From positions 17,877 through 81,876 of the forward strand of contig CAZVTT010000001.1 of assembly GCA_964629685.1 (NCBI GenBank): a stretch of 64,000 nucleotides of DNA, written 5' to 3'. Source of the stretch: an uncultured Gammaproteobacteria bacterium (GTDB lineage: Bacteria; Patescibacteriota; Microgenomatia; UBA10105; UBA927). The translations under genes were made by a program, and so were the position numbers. Positions 54,569 through 64,000 of this stretch are shown one piece after another (position 1 is the first letter of the stretch; every line of letters starts with the position of its first letter). A model generated the notes under the pieces. It searched no databases, had not been told where the DNA came from, and worked only from the letters and a program-made list of their open reading frames with translations.

Positions 54569-55933
54569 TCAAAAAATTCGCAATTGTTCTTTGGATGCAT
54601 CCACGAGTGGTTTTTCTTCATCATCACGCCAAAGTTTTACTACACCGAATACCCCATCATATCCCGGATCTATCACGATATCTCCACGCCGGACCTTGGT
54701 GATACCTGCTCCTATTCTTTCCCCTGCTATGGTTTTTATCTCTGCTACAGAAGCTTTGAGCAACACAGTAAACTCACCCGCAAAATGATCAACCAATGCC
54801 TGATACGGTTTCTGCACTTTGGGACTCGTAACGGGCGAACCGAGACATTCCGCAATAATTTCCTGCAGCGGTACCAACATCACGTATGGTGGACGCTCCG
54901 GGTAGCGCTTACTGTAAAACACGCTAACTTCCTCCGCTAACCCATATATACTGTTCGTTGCTTTCATTTCCAAATCAAGTTCGCCTTCACTCCGTGCAGC
55001 TAACTCCTCAACCCGCTGCAATACTCCTTGTGTTAACGGCTTCCCGCATACCGGACAAGTTGTCCCGTTTGCTTTGGTATCTTCCGGATTCCAGCGGATA
55101 TTGCAACTCCGGTGACCGGTAAAATGATACTTCCCTTCTTCCGGATAAAATTCGATGGTATACGCAATAGAATTTTTGGAACTATCTTTCCTGAGAAACG
55201 GAGCGGATATGGCTTCGTAAAGCGCTGTATACGTCATTTCCCGTAAATCAAATACTGTAGCCTCCCTACCTAACTTAGGACCGCTATGCGCATCGGAAAA
55301 AGAAACGATCGCCCGATGATCGAGTTCTGCTATTTGCCAGTTCATGGCCGGATTACTTGATAATCCGGTTTCTATAGCATAAATACGATCAGCATACGGC
55401 CCAAAGGCCTCGGTTAAACTATCAAACCCGGACATACTCCCGTACAAAGAAAACCATGGTGTCCAGGCATGCGCAGGAATAACGAGAGCTTTGGGTTCGA
55501 TGGTAAAAACCAGTTCTGCCACCTGAATATTGGTCAACCCGATAATAGGACGGCCATCGGACAACAGATTACAACCTTGCTTTGTCATTTCCTTATTAAT
55601 CTTCATAGCCGAATCCAACGTCGGTACCCAAATCAACGTGTGCACCCGTCGTCCTTTTCCATTTTGGGAATAAATACAGCTTACCTCCGTTGCCAGGAGA
55701 TAGAACGGTGAATCTTGTTCTGCTGCTTCCTGCTTTAGCTTAAGAAAACCGGTTCCCAATTCCACCAAATGCTCCTGAATTTCTTTCATCCAGAGCGGAT
55801 GTGTCCAGTCCCCTGTAGCAATAAGCCCAATCCCTTTCCGTTTGGCCCACAGGGATAAATTGGGAATAGTCATTTCTTTGGAAACGGCCCTCGCAAAACG
55901 GGAATGAAGTTGTAAATCAGCAATTACGTACAT
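54569..55933 (-). CDS. endonuclease Q (EndoQ/TIGR00375)-like PHP-domain nuclease with C4 zinc finger
   Basis: N-terminus MYVIADLQLHSRFARAVSKEMT...ATGD resembles the archaeal EndoQ N-terminus. Zn ribbon CPVCGKPL...; recalled from memory, not aligned. Confidence 0.5.
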   Translation of the reverse strand: MYVIADLQLHSRFARAVSKEMTIPNLSLWAKRKGIGLIATGDWTHPLWMKEIQEHLVELGTGFLKLKQEAAEQDSPFYLLATEVSCIYSQNGKGRRVHTLIWVPTLDSAMKINKEMTKQGCNLLSDGRPIIGLTNIQVAELVFTIEPKALVIPAHAWTPWFSLYGSMSGFDSLTEAFGPYADRIYAIETGLSSNPAMNWQIAELDHRAIVSFSDAHSGPKLGREATVFDLREMTYTALYEAISAPFLRKDSSKNSIAYTIEFYPEEGKYHFTGHRSCNIRWNPEDTKANGTTCPVCGKPLTQGVLQRVEELAARSEGELDLEMKATNSIYGLAEEVSVFYSKRYPERPPYVMLVPLQEIIAECLGSPVTSPKVQKPYQALVDHFAGEFTVLLKASVAEIKTIAGERIGAGITKVRRGDIVIDPGYDGVFGVVKLWRDDEEKPLVDASKEQLRIF

Positions 55934-56005
55934 ATATTCACCGTACGGCGGTTAGCGGGTTACATAAAAATAATTTTAGCGTATTCCGACAAATTATTTT
56001 TACTT

Positions 56006-56824
56006 TTAACCGAATAAATCCTGAACGAGTTGACGAATCTGTTGTTCAAACTGCTTAATGGGTATTGGTTTCGATTTCGGCTTACCGTACCAGTGTCCAC
56101 CCATAATATACCCAGGCACGGACCGGGGAGCTTTACCGGTAAAAAGAATAGAGAACGTCACTTTGGTGTAAGTAGAAACCAACTTGAGTTTCCGTTCGTG
56201 CCGAAACCGTCGCAACGAAAACACATACAATGTCTCCCGCAACATATCCATGGGAATCCCCAAAGCAAAAATCCGGTTACTGAAATCATAATCCTCTCCC
56301 CAGGCGAGAGATTCATCGTATCCCTTTACCGTTGTAAAGACATCACGACGTACGCATGCCAGCGGACCGGGCGCTACCGGACGTTTAATCCTGATTGCTC
56401 CTTCATACAGCAAATTAGCCAACAATGTCACAATAGCATCACCGTTTTCCTCAGTATCCGGACGACACCAGGTCGTAAATAACTTAGGATGTTTAGCCCG
56501 GATAAAATGATCAAGTCTATCAAAAAAATACGGTAACAGAACGCTGTCGGCATCGATAAACAGTAACCATTCCCCACTGGCACGGGTTGCGCCTAAATTA
56601 CGCTGTTTCGGTAAGCCGGGCGGATTACTATCGATTATCTGAAGTCCGGGAAGCTTCGGTATGAATGTTTTGGCCAACTTCACCGTTTGATCCTTCGAGT
56701 GGCCATCCACTACAATAACCTCTACGTCCTTACGTTTTATGACAGCCAAAGAATGTAAAAGTCTTGGTAAAAACTTTTCCTCGTTCAGGGTAGGAATAAT
56801 CACTGAATACCGTATTTTTTTCAT
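56006..56824 (-). CDS. family 2 glycosyltransferase
   Basis: YSVIIPTLNEE...VIVVDGHSKDQT. Start set at the internal Met (MKKIRY) because the extended ORF overlaps the divergent gene. Confidence 0.65.
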   Translation of the reverse strand: MKKIRYSVIIPTLNEEKFLPRLLHSLAVIKRKDVEVIVVDGHSKDQTVKLAKTFIPKLPGLQIIDSNPPGLPKQRNLGATRASGEWLLFIDADSVLLPYFFDRLDHFIRAKHPKLFTTWCRPDTEENGDAIVTLLANLLYEGAIRIKRPVAPGPLACVRRDVFTTVKGYDESLAWGEDYDFSNRIFALGIPMDMLRETLYVFSLRRFRHERKLKLVSTYTKVTFSILFTGKAPRSVPGYIMGGHWYGKPKSKPIPIKQFEQQIRQLVQDLFG

Positions 56825-56890
56825 AGGTGGATGCATTATACGGCATTCTATGGCCCAGCGCCCAGCTTCGTATATAATAAACCAAACAAT

Positions 56891-57646
56891 ATGACACAAA
56901 AACCTAAAATATCCGTTGTAATCCCGGCATATAACGAAGAGCATTATCTTCCTACGTGTTTGGAGAGTCTAAAAAAGCAAACATTTACCGATTTCGAAAT
57001 AGTGGTAGTAGACAACAACTCGACGGATAAAACAGCCGACATAGCACGTGCATTCGGCGCCCGCGTGGTGAAGGAAACAATACAGGGAATGACACCGGCA
57101 CGGGAGCGGGGGTTCCGTGAAGCCAGGGCAGATATAATAGCAAGGACGGACGCCGACTCAACCGTCTATCCTGATTGGCTTGAACAAATAGATAAAGCCT
57201 TTCATAAATACCCGCAAGCCGTGGCTGTTACCGGATCTTTCCGTTCTCCTGACCCCGATGTACCGAATCGTTTTTTTGAGTATTATATCCGGCTTTATAC
57301 CCGTTTTACCCGGATGCTAACCGGTCACATGCATTTGCACGGACCGAATATGGCGCTCAGAAAATCTGCCTGGGAAAAAATACATGTCCATATGGATGAT
57401 ACGTTGGTACATGAAGATGTAGATCTCGCCTGTCATCTGGCCGAGGTAGGAGAAATAATCTTTGTACCGGAAATAATCACCACGTACTCATTACGAAGAC
57501 TTAAACAACGGTTTTGGTTTACGCTTGGAGAATATTTTGTCCGCTATATCCGTACCATCCGACTACACGGCCATGCCCACAGTCTGATAAGTATCAGGCG
57601 GCGTCTAAGTATGACTTCACGTGCGCGACGGCCAACTCGGGAGTAA
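56891..57646 (+). CDS. family 2 glycosyltransferase
   Basis: ISVVIPAYNEE...VVVDNNSTDKT; DAD motif. The track start 56831 is possible, but ATG 56891 fits the GT2 N-terminus. Confidence 0.7.
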   Translation: MTQKPKISVVIPAYNEEHYLPTCLESLKKQTFTDFEIVVVDNNSTDKTADIARAFGARVVKETIQGMTPARERGFREARADIIARTDADSTVYPDWLEQIDKAFHKYPQAVAVTGSFRSPDPDVPNRFFEYYIRLYTRFTRMLTGHMHLHGPNMALRKSAWEKIHVHMDDTLVHEDVDLACHLAEVGEIIFVPEIITTYSLRRLKQRFWFTLGEYFVRYIRTIRLHGHAHSLISIRRRLSMTSRARRPTRE

Positions 57647-58355
57647 AAAAACACCAATTATGATGTCCGGTCTCATACTGAAGCGAAGCGCCGGGTATTA
57701 CCTTTTTCAGATATTCTGCATAACTCACCGGAAATAACTCATCCCCGGTTGCCCATAAAATCAATACAGGAGCTTTCACAGCCTTTAGCGTCGGATTATT
57801 TCCATACAAATTTTTGTTTATGATTAATGATAGGCGCGGCAGCACATAAACTTTCCGGACAAAGCTTAAAATAAAATCCCTGGCCAGACGTACCGGCAAT
57901 GTTTGTTTCAGCATAACCATTCCCATCACGGTTTTTGCAAACACGTTGTATAACAACTTCCACCAGGGAATATCCAAAGGCACACCGGCAGGATTAATTG
58001 CTATCACTTTCGTCACTCTGTCACTGGTTGCAGCTATGCCGATACCTATTCCCCCACCGAACGAATGGCCTACTACGGCAACGTGTGTCAATTTCATCAA
58101 TTTCAAAAATTCGTCCATATATCCTGCATAAGCCGAGAAATCCCACACAGCGGGTGGAGCATCCGCAGTTCCGAACCCGGGCACCTGAGGGGCATACACC
58201 GTGTAAAATCTTGCTAATTCATCTATCAGCGGTTTATACGTTCGCGGTGTAACGCCAAGTCCGTGAATAAATAATAATGGAGACCCATGACCCACTTTTA
58301 TATAGTAGCTATCAATCCCGCGGATGCTGAAATCATACTTCCTGTAACTATCCAT
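57594..58355 (-). CDS. alpha/beta hydrolase
   Basis: HGLG oxyanion motif and GHSFGG nucleophile elbow. Confidence 0.7.
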   Translation of the reverse strand: MDSYRKYDFSIRGIDSYYIKVGHGSPLLFIHGLGVTPRTYKPLIDELARFYTVYAPQVPGFGTADAPPAVWDFSAYAGYMDEFLKLMKLTHVAVVGHSFGGGIGIGIAATSDRVTKVIAINPAGVPLDIPWWKLLYNVFAKTVMGMVMLKQTLPVRLARDFILSFVRKVYVLPRLSLIINKNLYGNNPTLKAVKAPVLILWATGDELFPVSYAEYLKKVIPGASLQYETGHHNWCFFTPELAVAHVKSYLDAA

Positions 58356-58504
58356 GATATAAATTCAACCGTTCCGCGCGACTTCACCTACTGCGGAATA
58401 TTACGGTAGATTATTATAGCAATAAAAATTGCTCAGCCCAATATTTACCTTCCGAAGAATATTTCTGCTATCTCCCAGTAAGGAAGACATCCGTAGAGAA
58501 AAAA

Positions 58505-60259
58505 CTAGTTTTTATTGACTGTAGCGCTTAGCTGATTCTGATACATTTGTGTTAACTCCGTTACGGTCGTGGCTTGTTCGGGATTTTTATCATGCCTTTC
58601 GCGCACTAAACGCGGAAAGCGCACGGCATAACCTGCTCCGTGTGAAGGGGATTTTGTAAGGTCATCACCGGCAATTTCCACCACAAGCATCGGTTTTAGC
58701 CAGACATCCGGCTCCAGCATGGCACTAACTTCAGGATATTCTGACGGGCGCACGGTAGTTTTATGCGTATTAAAATCCTTCACCAATGCTTTCCACTGCT
58801 CATCACTAACTCCCGTGCCGACTTTTGTTACGGAAAGGAATGTGTCTCCGGAACGGACACCTACCAAAAATGCTCCTATCCCGAATGTCGACCGTTTACC
58901 TTCCCCGCGGTAATACCCCATAACCACGGTATCTATCGTATCCGTTAACTTACCGGTTTTCCCTTCCTCTTCCTTAAACTTTACCCAGCTGTATCCCCGC
59001 CTTCCCGGTTCATAGGGACTTTGCCACTTTTTAATAACCACCCCTTCCAATCCTGCTTTTATTTGTTGATCGTGATATGAGCGGATAGTAGCGGCGCTAT
59101 CTGTCACGATTTGTGGAGAAATCTCAAGCACGGTCCCCGGCTTAATAACGGCAGAAAGCTGCTCCCGTCTTTGCGATAAGGGAAGGGAAAGCAAATCCTT
59201 ACCGTCCCGGTATACCATGTCAAAAACAAAAAATTTTAACGGTACGGCAGCCTGCGTTTCAGCAATGTTATGTTTCCGCTTCCGGGTGGTGGTCGCCTGA
59301 AATGAAGCAATGGTACCCGTTTTCGGATCTATTCCCACAGCTTCACTATCCAAAATAAGTTCGTCCGCGCGTACCTGAGACGCAATCGTATGCAGTTCCG
59401 GAAACATTCCCGTCGTATTTTCCAGATTTCGTGAATACGTTCTGATTGTGTCCTGCGGACCGGAAAATCCTTTCTTCCGATAATGGATCTGGACCCTAAC
59501 CCCATCATACTTCGGTTCCACTGACACTGTCCCCATTTTCTCAATCATCTCATCCGCAGTAGGCAAACGCTGACACAAGGATGCCAAAATAGGTGCACCA
59601 ATCCGGGCATGAACATGAGTGATTCCATCCAACCCTTTCGATTTAACCGCTTCGGCTATCAGTCCAATATCCGGCAACACGCTGTAGGCGGCTTCCAATT
59701 GATCCCGCAACGTTTTGTCTCCCGTTATCATCCACGATAAGGCATCTAGAATGGTCATATCCGAAAATCCTAACCGTAACTTATCCAACGGAATCCGCAC
59801 GAGGTATCGGGCCGCTAACGGATCGACATGTAGCAACAAATCGGATAATAAACCCACTTTTTTGTCTTGGGATCCTTCACCGGTTATATGCGCTATATCC
59901 GATAATTTGGCAAATACGTCGCCCACCGAGAGCCCGGATTTATGCGGTATAAATTTTCCCTGATGGTATATTGCTTCCGCAGCGGTACCCAGGTCGCCGA
60001 CCTTCCGGAATTCCGACAGTACATGCTGGGTGTCAACCGTATACGCCTGCGCAATAGCCCGCACCATAAACTTGTCGGCTATACCGAATTCTATAGCTTC
60101 ATAAAGCGGAACTACCCTCCCCTGCAGCAGATAACAAATCTTACCTATTTCCCCGGCAGTAGCCTGTCTAAAAATTCCCGCCAATTGTTCGGTCATAGCC
60201 AAACGGGAATTTGTTTGTTCCAGCACTTGAAAATATTGAGCGAGGCGTTCGAACGTCAT
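58505..60259 (-). CDS. ATP-dependent DNA ligase (Lig1/archaeal-type)
   Basis: Adenylation motif EPKYDGVR; motifs III/IV/V recognisable; about 580 aa three-domain length. Confidence 0.85.
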   Translation of the reverse strand: MTFERLAQYFQVLEQTNSRLAMTEQLAGIFRQATAGEIGKICYLLQGRVVPLYEAIEFGIADKFMVRAIAQAYTVDTQHVLSEFRKVGDLGTAAEAIYHQGKFIPHKSGLSVGDVFAKLSDIAHITGEGSQDKKVGLLSDLLLHVDPLAARYLVRIPLDKLRLGFSDMTILDALSWMITGDKTLRDQLEAAYSVLPDIGLIAEAVKSKGLDGITHVHARIGAPILASLCQRLPTADEMIEKMGTVSVEPKYDGVRVQIHYRKKGFSGPQDTIRTYSRNLENTTGMFPELHTIASQVRADELILDSEAVGIDPKTGTIASFQATTTRKRKHNIAETQAAVPLKFFVFDMVYRDGKDLLSLPLSQRREQLSAVIKPGTVLEISPQIVTDSAATIRSYHDQQIKAGLEGVVIKKWQSPYEPGRRGYSWVKFKEEEGKTGKLTDTIDTVVMGYYRGEGKRSTFGIGAFLVGVRSGDTFLSVTKVGTGVSDEQWKALVKDFNTHKTTVRPSEYPEVSAMLEPDVWLKPMLVVEIAGDDLTKSPSHGAGYAVRFPRLVRERHDKNPEQATTVTELTQMYQNQLSATVNKN

Positions 60260-60275
60260 GGTTGATAACAGGCAG

Positions 60276-60461
60276 TTATCGGATCACGAAAAAATATACT
60301 CCCGCAATGAGGATCAAAAATAATATACCAAAACCTAAAATAATATTACCGCTGGGATCATGTTTACTTACCTTCGCCGCTCCCTGCGCTACAACCACGA
60401 GCGCAAATATCGTGGGAATGACCAGTAACACGTACGTTAACCCGGGGCTAGAAAAATCCAT
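60276..60461 (-). CDS. small 2-TM membrane protein, hypothetical
   Basis: 61 aa, two hydrophobic helices, wedged between the Fic and ligase genes. Confidence 0.35.
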   Translation of the reverse strand: MDFSSPGLTYVLLVIPTIFALVVVAQGAAKVSKHDPSGNIILGFGILFLILIAGVYFFVIR

Positions 60462-60464
60462 ACA

Positions 60465-61541
60465 TTAAGTCTTCAGAATATATCGGACACCTTTAGTCGT
60501 ACCATCCTTTTTAACTATACCTTTTTTAATCAGGTCCTTCAATTCACGCAGCACTGTATCTTCCGAAATCATCGGAAATAATTCAAAAAACGATTTATTC
60601 TGGAGGAAACCATTCTCCTGTATGAATTCCATTATTTTTATTTGCCGTTCTGACAATGTAAGCTGTTGGCCTCCAAGTGTTTTTTTAATCTTTAAATCCG
60701 TAGATATGGATTTCACTTTTTCCTTAACCCGATTTAACTCGATTGCCAGTCCTTCGGAAAAATATTCCAGCCACCGGGTAAGATTTCCATCTAACTTAGC
60801 CACACTCTGTAGTGCTTCATAGTATTGGACGGGTTCCCGATCATAATGTTCTTCCAAAGAAAAAAACCGTTTTACATCATAGCCACCCTGAAACAACATC
60901 AGAATGGCAATAGCCCGTGCTACCCGCCCATTTCCGTCGAGGAAAGGATGAATCCGCACCAGTTCATAATGCACGATTCCGGCTTTCAGAACCGGATGTA
61001 CGTGTTCCTCGTTGGTATTATTTACCCAGTGAACAAAATCCGCCATCAGAAACTGTACTTCCAGTGCGGGAGGAGGACGAAATGTAATTTCCCCGGTCTG
61101 ACTATTTCTCACAACTACAGAGGCAGTTCGGTACTGTCCGACGGCATGGTCGGGCAGAATCCGGTGCACGGTAAGGGCATGAACATGTTTGACTACTTCT
61201 TCGGTAATATCGGGCTTTTCATACTCAGTTATAAACTTTAAAACGTTCCGATAATTCAACACTTCCTGAATATCACGTTCCCGCGCTACCACGTTGCCTC
61301 CCGAAAGCACTTTATCGGCTTCCGTATAATTCAAGCCGTTCCCTTCCAGATGTGTGCCGTGATAAGCAGAACGCACGAGAGCTTCTTCCCGGAATTTTGC
61401 TTCCCAAGCGGGAACGAGTGGTGCATTTTCGATTATTTCCTTAGCTGCTTCAATTCTCCCGATGGTGCGGAGAATAGTATTGGTAATAGCAAATGTTGGT
61501 TCGGTCATACCGTATTCCTCAATGACAATAGATAGCTTCAC
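60465..61541 (-). CDS. Fic family protein (AMPylase-type) with C-terminal winged-helix
   Basis: HPFLDGNGRVARA Fic motif. Confidence 0.8.
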   Translation of the reverse strand: MKLSIVIEEYGMTEPTFAITNTILRTIGRIEAAKEIIENAPLVPAWEAKFREEALVRSAYHGTHLEGNGLNYTEADKVLSGGNVVARERDIQEVLNYRNVLKFITEYEKPDITEEVVKHVHALTVHRILPDHAVGQYRTASVVVRNSQTGEITFRPPPALEVQFLMADFVHWVNNTNEEHVHPVLKAGIVHYELVRIHPFLDGNGRVARAIAILMLFQGGYDVKRFFSLEEHYDREPVQYYEALQSVAKLDGNLTRWLEYFSEGLAIELNRVKEKVKSISTDLKIKKTLGGQQLTLSERQIKIMEFIQENGFLQNKSFFELFPMISEDTVLRELKDLIKKGIVKKDGTTKGVRYILKT

Positions 61542-61671
61542 TCGTTATAATAGCCCCATAAGACAATAAAATCAATATTTACGGTATCTGCAATTATATT
61601 GTCACAACAATCTATTTATTATAAGTGAGAATAATAAACGCAAATATACCCGTAAAATACCCGCAAAAAAT

Positions 61672-63096
61672 ATGGCATTTGGAGCAGAACTTGCTGATTC
61701 AATACCTCTATTCGGAACAGTACGCCATGTTCTGGCAAGTCTGCTTTTGTCGTATTTCCGTTTTTGGGCACGACTGGCAATAAACATGCATACACCGACG
61801 GTGATCGGCATTGCGGGCGCAGTCGGAAAATCTACCGCCAGACAAGCCCTTTACGCTGTTTTAAAAGGATATAAACCGACCAAAATGATCGAAGGCAACT
61901 CCGAAACCGGCATTCCTTTGGGTATACTGGGGTTCTTCCCTGTTACCTATGGCGCATCCGAATGGCTCTCCTTTGTAATACTGGCACCATTCAGGCTTCA
62001 ATACCTAAAACTTACGGATTATCTTTTGGTAGAAATGGGAATAGATGGTCCTTTCCCACCAAAAAATATGGAATACCTCTTAACTATTATTAAACCGCAT
62101 GTTGCCATACTGCTTAATGAAAGTCCTGCTCATGTGGGAAATTATGAAAAAGCACTACCGGGCAAAGGCATTGGTCTGTCCGACAGTGAAAAACTCGACC
62201 GCATAATGAAACTCATCACCCGGGATGACGGGAAAATTATTACCGACTCACAGTGCCGGCTGGGAATTACCAACGCAGATGATCCCTACATTCAATCACT
62301 CATCATTAAACCGAATGAAAATACGTTAGTACCGATATATACTTTCGGATCAGGAAAGGAAAATACCGTATCATACGGCGGACATACTATCGCAAATGAA
62401 CAGACAACATTCACGTATCTGTTAAATCAACCGCAATCCTCAACTGAAGTTACCATTACCTTTAAAAATATTGCCTTGCCGCAGGAAACCCAATCTCTTT
62501 TTGCAGCCGTCATTTTGGCTGCTCAGCATATTGGCGTCCCCATGGAACACATAGCCAAATCGCTGGAACAGGGATTAACCCTTCCACCGGGAAGAGGCAG
62601 TATATTCCGCGGCATCAAAGGATCAGAAATTATTGATTCCACCTATAACGCCTCCAGTGCGTCCGTACTTTCGTATCTCGGTTACCTTAAAACACTCAAA
62701 GATCAATCCAGCCGTCCGACCGTGTTCCTGTTTGGCGATATGAAAGAGCTAGGTCAGGCTGGTGCAATAGAACACGAGAAAATAGCTTCACACATGATCG
62801 GAGTCGTAGATTATCTGTATTGCGTGGGTGAACTTACGCAACAATACGTACTTCCCTTCGCTCATAAACACAAAAATTCATTTAAAGATATTCGCTGGTT
62901 CAGCACCAGCCGGGAAGCCGGCATGGCTATGGAAGAACTACTCCCGGAGTCTGCATTAGTACTTGCCAAAGGTTCTCAATTACTGGAAGAGGCTCTTAAA
63001 TTCATATTGGCAGACCCTGCAGATTCAAAAAGACTTTGCCGCCAGGACGCGTTCTGGAAACAGGCCAAATTTACGAGGGGAAGCTGGGTGGAATAG
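61672..63096 (+). CDS. murF: Mur ligase family protein, MurF-like
   Basis: P-loop IGIAGAVGKST, then GNSETGIPL; DSTYNAS block. 3' end overlaps the convergent RDD gene by 26 bp. Confidence 0.55.
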   Translation: MAFGAELADSIPLFGTVRHVLASLLLSYFRFWARLAINMHTPTVIGIAGAVGKSTARQALYAVLKGYKPTKMIEGNSETGIPLGILGFFPVTYGASEWLSFVILAPFRLQYLKLTDYLLVEMGIDGPFPPKNMEYLLTIIKPHVAILLNESPAHVGNYEKALPGKGIGLSDSEKLDRIMKLITRDDGKIITDSQCRLGITNADDPYIQSLIIKPNENTLVPIYTFGSGKENTVSYGGHTIANEQTTFTYLLNQPQSSTEVTITFKNIALPQETQSLFAAVILAAQHIGVPMEHIAKSLEQGLTLPPGRGSIFRGIKGSEIIDSTYNASSASVLSYLGYLKTLKDQSSRPTVFLFGDMKELGQAGAIEHEKIASHMIGVVDYLYCVGELTQQYVLPFAHKHKNSFKDIRWFSTSREAGMAMEELLPESALVLAKGSQLLEEALKFILADPADSKRLCRQDAFWKQAKFTRGSWVE

Positions 63097-63640
63097 TATA
63101 ATTTGGCTGCTCGGAAAGTTGCATCGCGGGATACGACGTTTCATCAATAATCCGGATTAATTCTCCCGCACGCGTTTTTACCACAAACGTTTTAGCTAAT
63201 TTGTCATGCCAGGCCTGCTGATGCTGATCGCGTAACGCCCACAGGAATCCGATTCCGAACGGAAACGTAGACAACAATTTCCCTATACACTCCCGTAAGA
63301 AAGCGGTTTTACCGTCAGGAGAATCGTATACTCTGGTTACTACGCGCATTCTCATCACTTGCTTACCGGCGGTAGCCCCTACCCACCAAACCAGTAAAAA
63401 ATTATAAAAAACTCCCGTTACCAAATAAATACTTAAAAATAATACTTCATTCGGCGACGTTACCATCCGCAAACCGGAAATAACGACTCCTGTCCAAAGC
63501 AATAACACTCCTTCATCTATGAGTCTTGCTACCAACCTTTCCGGTATGGAGGCATGTTTATAGGAACGTGGTTGTACAATATCCATAACGCTTAGTCTAT
63601 TATAACAGCGTTGAAAACGAAGAAAGTAAGAAGACAGCAT
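63071..63640 (-). CDS. RDD family membrane protein
   Basis: N-terminal RLVARLIDEGVLL RDD signature plus 3 TM helices. Confidence 0.6.
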   Translation of the reverse strand: MLSSYFLRFQRCYNRLSVMDIVQPRSYKHASIPERLVARLIDEGVLLLWTGVVISGLRMVTSPNEVLFLSIYLVTGVFYNFLLVWWVGATAGKQVMRMRVVTRVYDSPDGKTAFLRECIGKLLSTFPFGIGFLWALRDQHQQAWHDKLAKTFVVKTRAGELIRIIDETSYPAMQLSEQPNYTIPPSFPS

Positions 63641-63643
63641 TAA

Positions 63644-64000
63644 TTAACGACTGCTCAAAGCGTGCCTGGCGGCAGCAAATTCATCCCAAGGAACTTCACC
63701 GTTTCCGTAATTCATTGATTTCTCATGACTCTTACCGGTAAGTATTACTACATCTCCCTTCCGGGCAATTCGTATTGCACTGGTAATGGCAGTTACGCGG
63801 TCCGGAATTACAACCAACACCTTCTGACCTTTCTTTATAGTATCTAACTCGGTCGGATTTTTTCTTACCCGACCGGCAGGGATGCCAGCCGCAATTTGTT
63901 CAATTATTGCTGCTGCGGATTCAGTACGCGGATCTTCGCTGGTAAGGATCATAATATCCGCGTATTTAGCAGACTGTTCTCCCATAAGCGGACGCTTACT
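63644..64000 (-). CDS. Mur ligase C-terminal domain (MurE-like), partial; gene continues beyond the window edge
   Basis: ...DRVTAITSAIRIARKGDVVILTGKSHE... matches the Mur ligase C-terminal GKGHE block. Reading frame stays open upstream of the annotated Met to position 64000. Confidence 0.6.
   Translation of the reverse strand, partial: SKRPLMGEQSAKYADIMILTSEDPRTESAAAIIEQIAAGIPAGRVRKNPTELDTIKKGQKVLVVIPDRVTAITSAIRIARKGDVVILTGKSHEKSMNYGNGEVPWDEFAAARHALSSR

Noticed and set aside
56030-56482. 150 aa + strand ORF
   Set aside because: Antisense within the GT2 glycosyltransferase gene.
61672-64000. Two Mur-ligase-like ORFs as a split or duplicated gene
   Set aside because: The first is full-length with a MurF-like P-loop. 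The second is the C-terminal domain of a separate MurE-like gene truncated by the window edge. These are ordinary paralogous mur genes.

Overview
This 64 kb window is gene-dense with genes on both strands, many with overlapping or abutting ends. The gene content suggests a small-genome bacterium, possibly Candidate Phyla Radiation (Patescibacteria)-like; that is inference, not a computed taxonomy. Recognisable housekeeping genes are radA, ribosomal protein S1, glutamate dehydrogenase, a trxA-trxB-FNR-like reductase operon, peptidyl-tRNA hydrolase, acylphosphatase, an ATP-dependent DNA ligase, a MurF-like ligase, and the 3' part of a second Mur ligase that runs off the window end. A partial rRNA operon lies on the minus strand as tRNA-Ala(TGC), 23S, 5S, with no 16S nearby. 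The 23S gene carries a ~344 nt insertion at the position equivalent to E. coli U2500, and its junctions look like a group I intron. Envelope and redox genes include a VKOR-DsbA pair, two CPBP (CAAX-type) proteases, three SGNH/GDSL hydrolase paralogs, two divergent GT2 glycosyltransferases and a GT-C-like membrane glycosyltransferase. Other notable calls are a SET-domain protein, an EndoQ-like nuclease, a Fic protein and a PIN/TRAM protein. Several clusters consist mostly of uncharacterised proteins: a radical SAM/SPASM + methyltransferase + GT-C + isoprenoid-synthase-like cluster (3.0-9.3 kb), an orphan 983 aa protein, a Crp-headed operon of an EEP nuclease plus three unknown secreted/membrane proteins, and a three-gene operon (48.1-53.5 kb) encoding giant surface-type proteins, one with fivefold Cys-rich repeats. 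Non-coding features include a conserved structured element found twice in minus-strand 5' regions with compensatory base changes, a 3.5-copy 62 bp tandem repeat across the radA start codon, and a 400 bp ORF-free region ending in a + strand terminator. All product assignments are from motif recognition by eye; no database search was run.
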